Source: Spirochaetia bacterium (GTDB lineage Bacteria > Spirochaetota > Spirochaetia > UBA9216). Taken from it: 64,000 nucleotides of DNA. The stretch covers positions 4,320,001 to 4,384,000 of the forward strand of contig OY776510.1 in assembly GCA_963675665.1 (NCBI GenBank). Reading direction: 5' to 3'. Numbering within the stretch: position 1 is the first letter of the stretch; every line of letters starts with the position of its first letter. The notes beneath the pieces are model-generated. The model saw nothing but the letters and a program-made list of their open reading frames with translations, was not told the DNA's origin and did no database searches. Both the position numbers and the translations under genes were made by a program. Positions 40,193 through 49,510 of the stretch are shown one piece after another.

Positions 40193-41701
40193 ATGAAAAA
40201 GAATGATGAAGTTATTTTAAAAATTAACGGAATAAGCAAATCTTTCGGGCCGACAAAGGCGGTCGTTGATGCGAAAATCGATATCTTCAAGGGAGAAGTC
40301 AGGGGCCTGATTGGTGAAAACGGTTCCGGAAAATCGACTTTGTCAGCAATTATTGCGGGAGTTTTAAGGCCAGATAATGGTCAAATGTACTTTGATAACG
40401 AAGAATTCAGCCCGTTAAACGTTATTGAGGCCCGTAAAAAAGGTGTAAGCATCATTTCGCAGGAAGTTGGAACTATAAATGACCTGACTGTTGCCGAGAA
40501 TATCTTCCTCGGCAAGGAAGATCATTTCTCAACATCAGGCCATGTTCATGTAAAAAAAATGATTGCGGCTTCAAGAGAGATTTTAATAAAAATCGGAGCT
40601 CCGCATATTGCTCCGGAAGAATCTATTAATAATGTATCGTTCGAAAACAGGAAACTTATTGAGGTTGCAATGGCGATGTACAACAATCCCCGTTTGCTGA
40701 TTCTTGATGAAACCGTTACCGCACTAACGCATAAAGGACGAGAAATAATATATAAATTGATAGAAGAGCTAAAAAAAGACGGAAACACAGTCATTTTCAT
40801 TTCACATGATCTTTCCGAGCTTGAAACGGTAAGCGACAGAATTACGGTGCTGCGCGACGGGGAAGTTGTCAGAACCCTGTCCAGGGAAGAGATCAATGTG
40901 GACCTTATGAGACAGCTTATGATTGGGCGTGACCTGGAAGGACATTACTACAGGGCCGATAATGAACCCACATATGAAAAAGAAGTTGTTTTAGATATTA
41001 AAAACATTTCACTGGGACAAAAACTGCTGAATGTTTCACTTGAACTACATAAAGGGGAAATCCTGGGAATAGGAGGACTTACAGACTGCGGAATGCATGA
41101 ATTCGGGAAGATCATGTTCGGAGCGGAGAAAGCGGATTCCGGTACCGTTAAGATAATGCCTCAAGGCAGAGAAATAAAAAAAGCAAGCCACGCAGTTAAA
41201 TATAAAATTGGATATTTACCCAAGAACAGAGAACATGAAGCAATGATGACAGCGGCAAGCGTCAAGGAGAATATTGTTTTGATGTCTCTTGACAAACTTA
41301 AAAAATTCTCACTGATAACAAGAAAAAGCGAAAAACATCTTGCGGAAAAAATGGCCGACATCCTGAACATAAAGATGACTTCAGTAAACCAGCAGTGTTC
41401 GAATTTAAGCGGAGGGAATAAACAGAAAGTAATAATTGCCAAATGGCTGGCAAACGATTCCCGTATATTGATTATGGACTGTCCGACAAGAGGTATAGAT
41501 GTCGGAGTCAAGGCGGCCATTTATCAATTGATGTCCGATTTCAAAAAGGCCGGAAAATCCATAATCATGATTTCAGAAGAGCTGCCCGAGCTTCTTGGCA
41601 TGGCTGACAGGATCATGGTTCTCAAGAACGGCGAAGTGTCGGGAAACTTTTCAAGATCGCCCGACTGGGATGAATCCATGATTATACAGAAAATAATATA
41701 A
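40193..41701 (+). CDS. Sugar ABC transporter ATP-binding protein (CUT2, two NBDs)
   Basis: GENGSGKST, LSGGNKQK, DCPTRGIDVG. Confidence 0.93.
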   Translation: MKKNDEVILKINGISKSFGPTKAVVDAKIDIFKGEVRGLIGENGSGKSTLSAIIAGVLRPDNGQMYFDNEEFSPLNVIEARKKGVSIISQEVGTINDLTVAENIFLGKEDHFSTSGHVHVKKMIAASREILIKIGAPHIAPEESINNVSFENRKLIEVAMAMYNNPRLLILDETVTALTHKGREIIYKLIEELKKDGNTVIFISHDLSELETVSDRITVLRDGEVVRTLSREEINVDLMRQLMIGRDLEGHYYRADNEPTYEKEVVLDIKNISLGQKLLNVSLELHKGEILGIGGLTDCGMHEFGKIMFGAEKADSGTVKIMPQGREIKKASHAVKYKIGYLPKNREHEAMMTAASVKENIVLMSLDKLKKFSLITRKSEKHLAEKMADILNIKMTSVNQQCSNLSGGNKQKVIIAKWLANDSRILIMDCPTRGIDVGVKAAIYQLMSDFKKAGKSIIMISEELPELLGMADRIMVLKNGEVSGNFSRSPDWDESMIIQKII

Positions 41702-41709
41702 GGCGGAGG

Positions 41710-42681
41710 ATGAGACTTGTGAAACTGAATAACCTTAAAAATATGACGAGATTATCTTCATCAGGAAGAAAATCTTTTATCCATAAACTTATACCCTTTA
41801 TAGGATTAGTACTTATTGTAATATTCTTTTCAATTCTTACGGAAGGAAGAACGCTAAGTTTCAGAAATTTAAAACTGATTCTCCTGCAGTCGGTAATCAT
41901 GATGATTGCAGGAATAGGACTCACCTTCACGATATCCCACGGAAGCCTGGATTTTTCACTCGGCGGGGTTATGATTTTAAGCGGCGCCCTGGGAGTACGC
42001 GCAGGTGAGATTTCCCCAGGATTTACTCTGCCCACCTGCATAATAATAGGCCTTACATGCAGTCTTATTGTCGTTGGGCTGCACCTGCTGTTAAAAGTTC
42101 CGGTATTTTTATCGGGAATATCAATGATGTTTTTAACCCAGGGTATTACCGGCACTCTGGCCGCACAAAGACCGCTGGCATGTCATTATTCACTGATGAC
42201 ATTTGACGAACCCATTGTTTATTACGGAACCTTGATTGTGATATTTTTCATTACATATATAATTTTTGAATTCACCAAGGTGGGTAAATATAACAAGGCA
42301 ATTGGTTCAAACCATATCGCTGCCGCTACAAGCGGAATAAAAGTAAATAAATACAAAGTTCTTGCGTTTGTTATATCGGGAATTCTGATCGGCATATGCG
42401 GCTTTCTGAGCCTTCTCCGTTCGGGAGGTGTTTCGTCATCCTCCTCCGGACTGGGTTTTGAGGTATTGATTTCGCTGGTTCTCGGAGGTGTATCAATTAC
42501 CGGAGGAGCCGGCACCAGACTCAGAGCGACAATAACAGGATGTTTGATTCTGACCATACTTTCAAACGGACTCGGTTTTTTAAGTGTGGAACCCGCTTAT
42601 ATAGGCAGTATAAAAGGTGTCATATTCCTTGCTGCAATAGCTTTAACATATGAAAGAAAAGCGGGTGAAATAGTTTTGTAA
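41710..42681 (+). CDS. Sugar ABC transporter permease
   Basis: RbsC-like (LDFSLG, AIGSN...SGI, VLGGVSITGG). The true start may be GTG 41719. Confidence 0.9.
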   Translation: MRLVKLNNLKNMTRLSSSGRKSFIHKLIPFIGLVLIVIFFSILTEGRTLSFRNLKLILLQSVIMMIAGIGLTFTISHGSLDFSLGGVMILSGALGVRAGEISPGFTLPTCIIIGLTCSLIVVGLHLLLKVPVFLSGISMMFLTQGITGTLAAQRPLACHYSLMTFDEPIVYYGTLIVIFFITYIIFEFTKVGKYNKAIGSNHIAAATSGIKVNKYKVLAFVISGILIGICGFLSLLRSGGVSSSSSGLGFEVLISLVLGGVSITGGAGTRLRATITGCLILTILSNGLGFLSVEPAYIGSIKGVIFLAAIALTYERKAGEIVL

Positions 42682-42733
42682 AACGTATGTTTCGTATGCG
42701 GAATATATGATTTATATACACAGGAGGAGAGAA

Positions 42734-43912
42734 ATGAAAAAAACAAAAAGGATTATCATTGCATTTGCAGCAGTCATTCTGTTGATTGGCCTGCTGGCAG
42801 GATGCATGGATAACAAGGATTCGAAAAACACAGCCGCATCATCAACCGGTGAAGCAAAGACAGTACAGTCTTCGGATCCTCCGGTCAAAAAAATTGCGGT
42901 AATCATAATGGAAACCGATGATTCCGTGATGTCGTCTGTCAAGCGTCTTCTTGATTCAGCGGCCGATGTGCTGAATGTAGAGATCACCTGGAAAACAGGC
43001 GATACCGACGGTGAAACACAGGTCAAAGCGGTAGAAAACGCTGTGGCGGCCGGTATGGACGGCATAATGATTTGGCCGCTTTCAACAGCTGTTATTCCGA
43101 AGATTCATAAAATATGCGATGACGCTGAAATCCCGATTGTGCAGTTTTTCAGGGGAATAGCTGATAAAGAATATGCAGCCCGCGCTGTAAACGAGCCTTT
43201 TTATCTTGGATATACTACCGAAGACGAAGCTCTGGCCGCGCAACTGCTTATTAAACAGCTGGCCGCAAACGGCAGCAGGAATGTATGTATTATAACAATG
43301 TTTCCCGGAGATGCCACATGTGACATCAGAAAAGCGAATTTTCTTTCAACAATGGAAGAAGAAGGCATGACCCTTCTTTCCGAATCGGTTATAACTTCAG
43401 TAGATAAAATCGATACACAAGTTATGGAAATAACAAACAATTTCCTGAGCACCTATCCTGAAATGGACGGCCTTGTGCTCTCTATCGGCAATATCGGTGT
43501 TATCGAAGCCGCCAGAAGCGTAGTCGAGAGCAGAGAAAGCGATATAAAAATAGTATCTTTCGATCATCCCGACAAAAATATCGTGGAAATGTGTGAAGGC
43601 AATTTTGTCGGTTTTGCATCAGGAGCTTACCCCGATCCGCTGTATTCGTTTATAGTAATGTATAACTTTCTGCACGGAACGCCGCTGTCGGACAAGCCCG
43701 TTGAACTTCTTACAAATTACCTTATAGTTAAAAATGCCGCTGACGCAGCAGGGTTTACCAAGTATATAAATTCTGAAACCCTTGTTTTTTCACAGGATGA
43801 AATTAAAATGATGACAAAATTCTATAACCCTGATTTCACCCTTGCTGAGTTAAAAAGGATTATAAACGATTACTCTCTCAAAGATATCGCGGCCAGAGTG
43901 AATACCAAATAG
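42734..43912 (+). CDS. Sugar ABC transporter substrate-binding lipoprotein
   Basis: Lipobox LLAGC, RbsB-like fold pattern, AGGAGG RBS. Confidence 0.88.
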   Translation: MKKTKRIIIAFAAVILLIGLLAGCMDNKDSKNTAASSTGEAKTVQSSDPPVKKIAVIIMETDDSVMSSVKRLLDSAADVLNVEITWKTGDTDGETQVKAVENAVAAGMDGIMIWPLSTAVIPKIHKICDDAEIPIVQFFRGIADKEYAARAVNEPFYLGYTTEDEALAAQLLIKQLAANGSRNVCIITMFPGDATCDIRKANFLSTMEEEGMTLLSESVITSVDKIDTQVMEITNNFLSTYPEMDGLVLSIGNIGVIEAARSVVESRESDIKIVSFDHPDKNIVEMCEGNFVGFASGAYPDPLYSFIVMYNFLHGTPLSDKPVELLTNYLIVKNAADAAGFTKYINSETLVFSQDEIKMMTKFYNPDFTLAELKRIINDYSLKDIAARVNTK

Positions 43913-43931
43913 TATAGGCATTAAAAGATAC

Positions 43932-43957
43932 ATAGGGGACGCAAATCCGTCCCCTAT
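43932..43957 (+). terminator. Intercistronic 10-bp stem-loop (mRNA stabiliser or partial terminator)
   Basis: ATAGGGGACG-N6-CGTCCCCTAT just after the SBP gene, with no U-tract on the plus strand. Confidence 0.55.
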
Positions 43958-43985
43958 AAAAATAATAACCGGCAAAGGTGATAAA

Positions 43986-44963
43986 ATGAACAAAGTACTT
44001 AGAGGCGCCAAAAAGATTCTGATTGCTATATCGATTCCGTGCATCCTTTTCATTCTGATTATGATAATTGTGCCTGAAAGAATTGGATTTCATGTACTGC
44101 CCAGTCTATTGCAGCAGGCTATCATTCCTGCAATACTTGCTCTCGGCGTCTGTTTCGAGATAAAGGTGGGCGTTTGGGATTTTTCCATAGGCGCAAACGT
44201 TATGGTGGCCGGAATAATCGGCGGAAATCTGTCCATGATGTTCGGGCTTGGTATTCCCGGGATGATTATAATATGCACGCTCACCGGGCTGATAATCGGC
44301 ACGCTTACCGGAGCGGTTTATACAGTATTAAAAGTTCCTTCGTTAATCGTATCAATTGGTATGATGCTGGTTCTTGAGAGTATAAGCGCTATCATTTTCA
44401 ACGGTCAGGGCGCCAACATGTCGAAGGAATTCCTGGCGGTGGGTGAATTCCCCATTAACCTGATTGTGGGCATAGCGGCATTTGTAATTGCCTATTATTT
44501 TTATAACGTCAGGAAATTCGGATACCAGCTTCGGGCTACGGGAAACGGGATAGCCGAGGCAAAGCTTAACGGAATAAATGTACATGTTGTCAGGCTGCTT
44601 GCATTCTCCACAGCCGGACTTCTGGCTGGCATCTATTCATTTATGACATTGGGAAGTTCAGGCGTTGTAAGAATTGTAACAAACATGGGCAGCATGGGAG
44701 TGGTTTTCGGCGCCATTATGTGCGTATTGATTGCTTTCGCTATCGAAAAATCCGTTAATCTTATTGTCGGAATCGTTATAGGCAGTATTACTGTTCAGAT
44801 AATCAAAATCGGAATACTGACCATAGGATTGCCGAGCGCTTTTCAACAGGTAATCATCGTAATACTGTTGCTGATATTCCTGGCAATTAATACAAAGGTT
44901 GATGATTTTAAAGGCATGATGAGAAGGTTTAAACGAAAACAGGAATTAAGCAGGCAGGCGTGA
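43986..44963 (+). CDS. Sugar ABC transporter permease
   Basis: WDFSIGA, KVPSLIVSIG, ATGNG...NGIN; highly hydrophobic. Confidence 0.9.
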   Translation: MNKVLRGAKKILIAISIPCILFILIMIIVPERIGFHVLPSLLQQAIIPAILALGVCFEIKVGVWDFSIGANVMVAGIIGGNLSMMFGLGIPGMIIICTLTGLIIGTLTGAVYTVLKVPSLIVSIGMMLVLESISAIIFNGQGANMSKEFLAVGEFPINLIVGIAAFVIAYYFYNVRKFGYQLRATGNGIAEAKLNGINVHVVRLLAFSTAGLLAGIYSFMTLGSSGVVRIVTNMGSMGVVFGAIMCVLIAFAIEKSVNLIVGIVIGSITVQIIKIGILTIGLPSAFQQVIIVILLLIFLAINTKVDDFKGMMRRFKRKQELSRQA

Positions 44964-45014
44964 AATCAAAATCCTGAATTTTTATTGATGCTTTAATACA
45001 TAAGGAAATAGATT

Positions 45015-46127
45015 ATGAGTTTTTTGGGAACCTCAATGAGGGATATATACCGGGAAAGAAAAGGCCGCAGAATGCGGGAATCAAGTTACGACAGATCCGG
45101 AGGCAACGCGGACTTTTATCTGATAAAACCTGTGTCCAAAGCTACTGTCTTCGATGCGGCTTCAACGGGATGCATTACGCATATCTGGGTTACAATCGGA
45201 GTGCCGGGCGGGAATCCCGTATGGGGAGCTTTTATGATGGAGCGAAAGGTTGTCATAAGAATGTTCTGGGACAATGAAACATCTCCCTCGGTTGAAGCCC
45301 CGATAGGCGACTTTTTTGGAATGGGTCACGGTATTTCCAGAAACTTTGTCTCGGCTCCGCTGACCATGTGCCCTCAGGATGGAAAAGGTTACAACTGCTA
45401 TTTCCCGATGCCATATCAAAAAGGGGCAAGAATAGAAATAGAAAATGAATCGGAAAACTCTTTAATGTTCTATTTCTATATTGATTATGAACAATATGAA
45501 GAGCCCGTCGACAGCGACCTGCGTTTTCATGCCAGATGGAAAAGAGAAATAACAAAGGGTATTGATGACAAGACAATGTCGGGAGTACAGTACCAGATGG
45601 GCGGCCGGAATCTGGATGGAGCAGCAAACTATGTAATTATGGAAGCCGAAGGTAAAGGGCATTATGTCGGATGCAATATGAATATCCACAACCTCCGTTA
45701 TACAAACCAGTTTAACTGGCCCGGAGAAGGAGACGACATGATATTCATCGACGGAGAACCCTGGCCTCCAAGACTTCATGGTACCGGAACGGAAGATTAC
45801 TTTAACACTGCTTATTGTCCCCAGCAGGAATTCAATACGCCTTACAGCGGCATAATTCTTCCGGGCGGACCGAACTGGAGCGGGAAAATTACATATTACA
45901 GGTACCACATCCAGGATCCGATAATGTTCGATAAATCAATAAAGGTGACAATTGAACATGGACATAACAATCACAGGTCAGATGACTATTCATCAACAGC
46001 CTATTGGTATCAGACCGAACCTCACATGAAATATGAACCAATAATACCGGCAGACAAAAGGTTGCCGCTTGACGATATAGTATTCGACTCTAACGAATTA
46101 GCCGATGTTTTGGGTTTGAAGGAATAA
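45015..46127 (+). CDS. Glycoside hydrolase family 172 (DUF2961)
   Basis: SSYDRSGGNAD, PSVEAPIGDFFG, WPGEGDD, GTGTEDYF, DPIMF, SSTAYWYQ. Confidence 0.9.
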   Translation: MSFLGTSMRDIYRERKGRRMRESSYDRSGGNADFYLIKPVSKATVFDAASTGCITHIWVTIGVPGGNPVWGAFMMERKVVIRMFWDNETSPSVEAPIGDFFGMGHGISRNFVSAPLTMCPQDGKGYNCYFPMPYQKGARIEIENESENSLMFYFYIDYEQYEEPVDSDLRFHARWKREITKGIDDKTMSGVQYQMGGRNLDGAANYVIMEAEGKGHYVGCNMNIHNLRYTNQFNWPGEGDDMIFIDGEPWPPRLHGTGTEDYFNTAYCPQQEFNTPYSGIILPGGPNWSGKITYYRYHIQDPIMFDKSIKVTIEHGHNNHRSDDYSSTAYWYQTEPHMKYEPIIPADKRLPLDDIVFDSNELADVLGLKE

Positions 46128-46154
46128 ACGCTCATTTAATGATTAAAATAAATC

Positions 46155-46535
46155 TTAATGGCCCCGCTTCCTGCGCTTCTTTTTCTGCCGGTTCAGCTGA
46201 TATCGTTCATCAGCTCTGATTCTGTGTGTTTCGGATTTCTGCTTTTTTAATAATTTCATCTGTTGTTCAAGTGCAGCCTTGTAAACAGCCTGCGATTTAT
46301 TCCCCATTCTTTTCTCTTCTTTCGGAGAATACTGCCGTTTCAGTCTGAAATCATGAGAACCTTTCAGGAACCGCAGGTTATCATAATCCGTTAAATAAAA
46401 CCGGAGCAATTCGGCATTTCCCGGTTCGGGTCCGAATACATATCTTGCCGTCATTATTGAATCTGAGGAAATTTTTTCTACAAGCGCAATCCAGAACTGT
46501 CCGTCATACATGACAGTTGTTTTTACCGTTTCCAT
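46155..46535 (-). CDS. yjdF: YjdF family protein (DUF2992)
   Basis: TVMYDGQFWIALVE, YVFGPEP, KSQAVYK, and basic C-terminus KKKRRKRGH. Confidence 0.9.
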   Translation of the reverse strand: METVKTTVMYDGQFWIALVEKISSDSIMTARYVFGPEPGNAELLRFYLTDYDNLRFLKGSHDFRLKRQYSPKEEKRMGNKSQAVYKAALEQQMKLLKKQKSETHRIRADERYQLNRQKKKRRKRGH

Positions 46536-46561
46536 ATAAGCCTCCGAACGTAACTATACGG

Positions 46562-46670
46562 AGGCAAAAACGGACATCTGGCGTGATGGATACTGAATCT
46601 ATAAGTCCGGGTTTTTCCCGAAACCTTCGATCGCCCGGACTACCTGCGGGGCCGTGTTTTTTCTTTGCCT
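46562..46670 (-). ncRNA. yjdF (azaaromatic) riboswitch, variant form
   Basis: In the 5' UTR of yjdF: closing stem AGGCAAA/TTTGCCT and conserved blocks AAAAACAC, GGTAGTCCGG, TCAGTA and GATGTCC in the expected order. An anti-SD hairpin follows. Confidence 0.82.
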
Positions 46671-46692
46671 GAAATTAGAGTTATATAAAATA

Positions 46693-46716
46693 TGAATAAA
46701 AACCGGTTTTTATTCA
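46693..46716. repeat. Perfect 24-bp palindrome TGAATAAAAACCGGTTTTTATTCA (terminator, REP-like or operator)
   Basis: 15 bp downstream of the AOR stop and upstream of the riboswitch. Confidence 0.6.
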
Positions 46717-46731
46717 AGGGGCCACGGTCTT

Positions 46732-48567
46732 CTACGCAACGACTTCTTCAAGCCCAAGTTCTTTAATCTTGTCCGCAGAAACAAGTCCGTTTTCATTCCA
46801 GCCGCGGAATCTGTAGTAATCCTCAAGCATCGTACCGAAAGGCGGCAGCTCATTGGTTCCGCCGCCGCGGCGGTGAGTCAGTATTCTTTCAGGCAGGGTA
46901 TCATCCTTGCGCGAAAGTCCGATCCGCTGGTTGTAAAGGCGTTTCAGATTGAAAATACGTTCGCCTGTTTTAAGAAATTCTTCAACGGTCATACTCCACC
47001 CGGTAGAGGCATTCATATAATCAAGTGTGTGCTGAACCATCAGGCCGCCGTAACGGGCGAATTTGCATATGCAGAGGGAATCAAACAGGCACGACCAGTC
47101 CTGCATGCGCGCAACTATTGCCGCTTTCTTTGGTGAAAATCGGCCTTCCGACGCTTCTACACCCAGGTTTTCTACGTACGCTTCTTCATAATCCTGGGTA
47201 AAAGACAGATGACATGCTCCCCGGTTTGAAGTGGCGTATGCAAGCGCAAGAGAGAAATTCGCCCTCGGATCATGAGCCGGTAATTCAAGGCCTTTAACCT
47301 GCTGTGTGAAGGCTTCAGCTTCAGGACCTATCTTTTGTGAAAAACTGCGTGCGCCGTCGGCCATCATCTCACCGAGTTTTCCCTCGCGCCTGCACATCTT
47401 CTCAAGCGCCTGCAGAGCCGCCGCGCCGTTTCCGAAACAAAGTTCAATTCCATCCGTGTCGTCAAGCGTAAGAAGTCCCTTTTCAAACGATTCCATCGCA
47501 ACGGCAAGCGTGTTGCCTGCAGATATGGTATCTATACCGTAACGGTTGCATATTTCATTCTCTTTCAGAATAACATCATAATCATCTATAAGAAGGTTCG
47601 AACCCATAAGCCCCACGGTTTCGTATTCAGGCGCGGCAATCTGTTCGCCGTCGTAGGGCCCGCCCTTTGCCGTTCCCGTCTTTCCGCATGCTATCGGGCA
47701 TTTTCCACAGGCATAATTTCCGAGATTATGGGTTTTGATTGTCGTATAACCTTTAATCCTCTCTGCGCCTTCCGGCCAGTTTCCCTGATACCAGTTTTTT
47801 ATAGGCAGGTTTCCTACCTCTTCAAAGAAATCCAGGGCACATGTAGTTCCGGCTTCATGCATACCGGCAGCGTCCTCTTTCATTGATTTGTTAAGCGACT
47901 TGTTTATCTGCTTGACCCGGTCAGCATCCGCTATTTCGGGAACGGTATTCCCGGCTACAACAACAGCCTTCAGGTTTTTCGAACCCATTACCGCTCCGAG
48001 CCCGCAGCGTCCGGCCGCCCTGCCGTGTGCGCCGTCGGCGATTATTGCGGCCACCTTTATCAGGTTCTCCCCGGAGGGCCCGATACATGCAACCTCGCAG
48101 CCCTTTCCTTCGGCGACCTTCAGTTCGCGCTGGGTCATGAATGTATCTTTGCCCCAGTAAGTTCCGGCCGGTTTGATTGAGACTTCTTCGTCGCTGACTT
48201 TCAGGTAAACGGGGGCATCAGCCTTTCCGCGCACAATGATTGCATCATAACCGGTTTTCTTGAACCGGCTTCCCCATTTCCCGCCGCAGGAAGCCTCGCC
48301 GTAAATTCCGGATTGGGGCGATTTACCGACAATTTCAAAACGATCCGAATTAAACCCTGCAGTGGCCGATACTGGTCCGGTTGCCCAGATCATCACATTG
48401 TCCGGCCCCAGCGGATCGGTATCCGGACCGGTAAGATCATAAAGCATTTTAGCCCCGAATCCGCTGCCGCCTATCCAGGTCCTGGCAAATTCTTCAGTAA
48501 TATCAACTGTATCTACAGTTCCTTTCGTCAGGTCAATATCCAGATACTTTCCATGATAACCCTTCAT
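46732..48567 (-). CDS. aor: Aldehyde:ferredoxin oxidoreductase (tungstopterin AOR family)
   Basis: GRCGLGAVMGSKNLKAV, CGKCPIAC, PEYET, DTIS, HDPR, RGACH, DSLCICKF. Confidence 0.93.
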   Translation of the reverse strand: MKGYHGKYLDIDLTKGTVDTVDITEEFARTWIGGSGFGAKMLYDLTGPDTDPLGPDNVMIWATGPVSATAGFNSDRFEIVGKSPQSGIYGEASCGGKWGSRFKKTGYDAIIVRGKADAPVYLKVSDEEVSIKPAGTYWGKDTFMTQRELKVAEGKGCEVACIGPSGENLIKVAAIIADGAHGRAAGRCGLGAVMGSKNLKAVVVAGNTVPEIADADRVKQINKSLNKSMKEDAAGMHEAGTTCALDFFEEVGNLPIKNWYQGNWPEGAERIKGYTTIKTHNLGNYACGKCPIACGKTGTAKGGPYDGEQIAAPEYETVGLMGSNLLIDDYDVILKENEICNRYGIDTISAGNTLAVAMESFEKGLLTLDDTDGIELCFGNGAAALQALEKMCRREGKLGEMMADGARSFSQKIGPEAEAFTQQVKGLELPAHDPRANFSLALAYATSNRGACHLSFTQDYEEAYVENLGVEASEGRFSPKKAAIVARMQDWSCLFDSLCICKFARYGGLMVQHTLDYMNASTGWSMTVEEFLKTGERIFNLKRLYNQRIGLSRKDDTLPERILTHRRGGGTNELPPFGTMLEDYYRFRGWNENGLVSADKIKELGLEEVVA

Positions 48568-48580
48568 ATCTTTCTATCCC

Positions 48581-49510
48581 CTATTTTAAGTTTGCAGCCA
48601 GTTCGGCAATAGCTTCGGCGGTGAAACCGAACCGCTCCTTAAGATACGGAAGCGCTCCGACCTCTCCGAATTCTTCCTTTATACCGTGCGTTACAACTTT
48701 TACCGGATAATTAGCCGCAAGAAATGTTGCTACTGCCGACCCCATCCCTGTTGCCGCCTGGTGATTTTCGCAGGTCAGAATCGCTCCCGTTTTTTTCGCA
48801 TATTCAAGGACAAGATCTTCATCAATCGGTTTAACTGTGTGCATGTCGATTACAGCAGCATTAATTCCCTTTTCAGCGAGAAGCCCGGCCGCCTTCAGGG
48901 CCTCCGGAACAAGTATAAAACCCGTTGCTATAATGGTCAGATCGGTTCCGTCGCGCAGGACCTTGCCCTTTCCGAGTTCAAATGTCTCGCCGTCGTTGTA
49001 AATCCGGTTTGAATCCTTTCGGTGCAGACGAAGATATGTACAATTAGGCGATGCGGCAGCCTGCATGACAAGCGCCTTAAGCGAAATAATGTCAGAAGGT
49101 TCATAGATGATCAGATTCGGCGTATTTCTCATAATACCGAAATCTTCAAAGGTCATATGGGTTCCGCCGTTATACTGGCAGCTTATTCCGGGGTCGGTTC
49201 CGGTCAGGTTAACATTCAATCCGGAATAATTGGATGATATAAAGAACTGATCATAAATACGTCTTGACGCAAAACAGGCAAAGGTATTTGCAAAAGGAAT
49301 CTTCCCCATTGAGGAAAGCCCGGAAGCAATTCCTATCATATTGGCCTCGGCCACTCCTGTATTAATTGACTGTTCAGGAAATTCCCTGAAAAAGGCAGTC
49401 AGGCCGTCTGCTCCCATGAGATCCGCATCAAGGGCAACAATATCCCGGTTTTCTCTCGCAAGCTCCATCAGTGTTTCACAGTATACATCACGCATATCCT
49501 TGTCAGGCAT
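48581..49510 (-). CDS. Split transketolase, C-terminal subunit
   Basis: GVAEANMIG, GGTHMTFED, YLRL, DMHTVKPID, ENH. Confidence 0.92.
   Translation of the reverse strand: MPDKDMRDVYCETLMELARENRDIVALDADLMGADGLTAFFREFPEQSINTGVAEANMIGIASGLSSMGKIPFANTFACFASRRIYDQFFISSNYSGLNVNLTGTDPGISCQYNGGTHMTFEDFGIMRNTPNLIIYEPSDIISLKALVMQAAASPNCTYLRLHRKDSNRIYNDGETFELGKGKVLRDGTDLTIIATGFILVPEALKAAGLLAEKGINAAVIDMHTVKPIDEDLVLEYAKKTGAILTCENHQAATGMGSAVATFLAANYPVKVVTHGIKEEFGEVGALPYLKERFGFTAEAIAELAANLK

Noticed and set aside
41470-41490. Walker B reads DCPT instead of DEPT in the second NBD
   Set aside because: Degeneracy of one site is normal in tandem CUT2 ATPases; not evidence of a pseudogene.
43915-43985. GGGACGCAAA resembling a c-di-GMP-I riboswitch
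   Set aside because: No preceding GGCAAAC/GNRA P2 and no P3 receptor; it is fully explained by a simple 10-bp hairpin.
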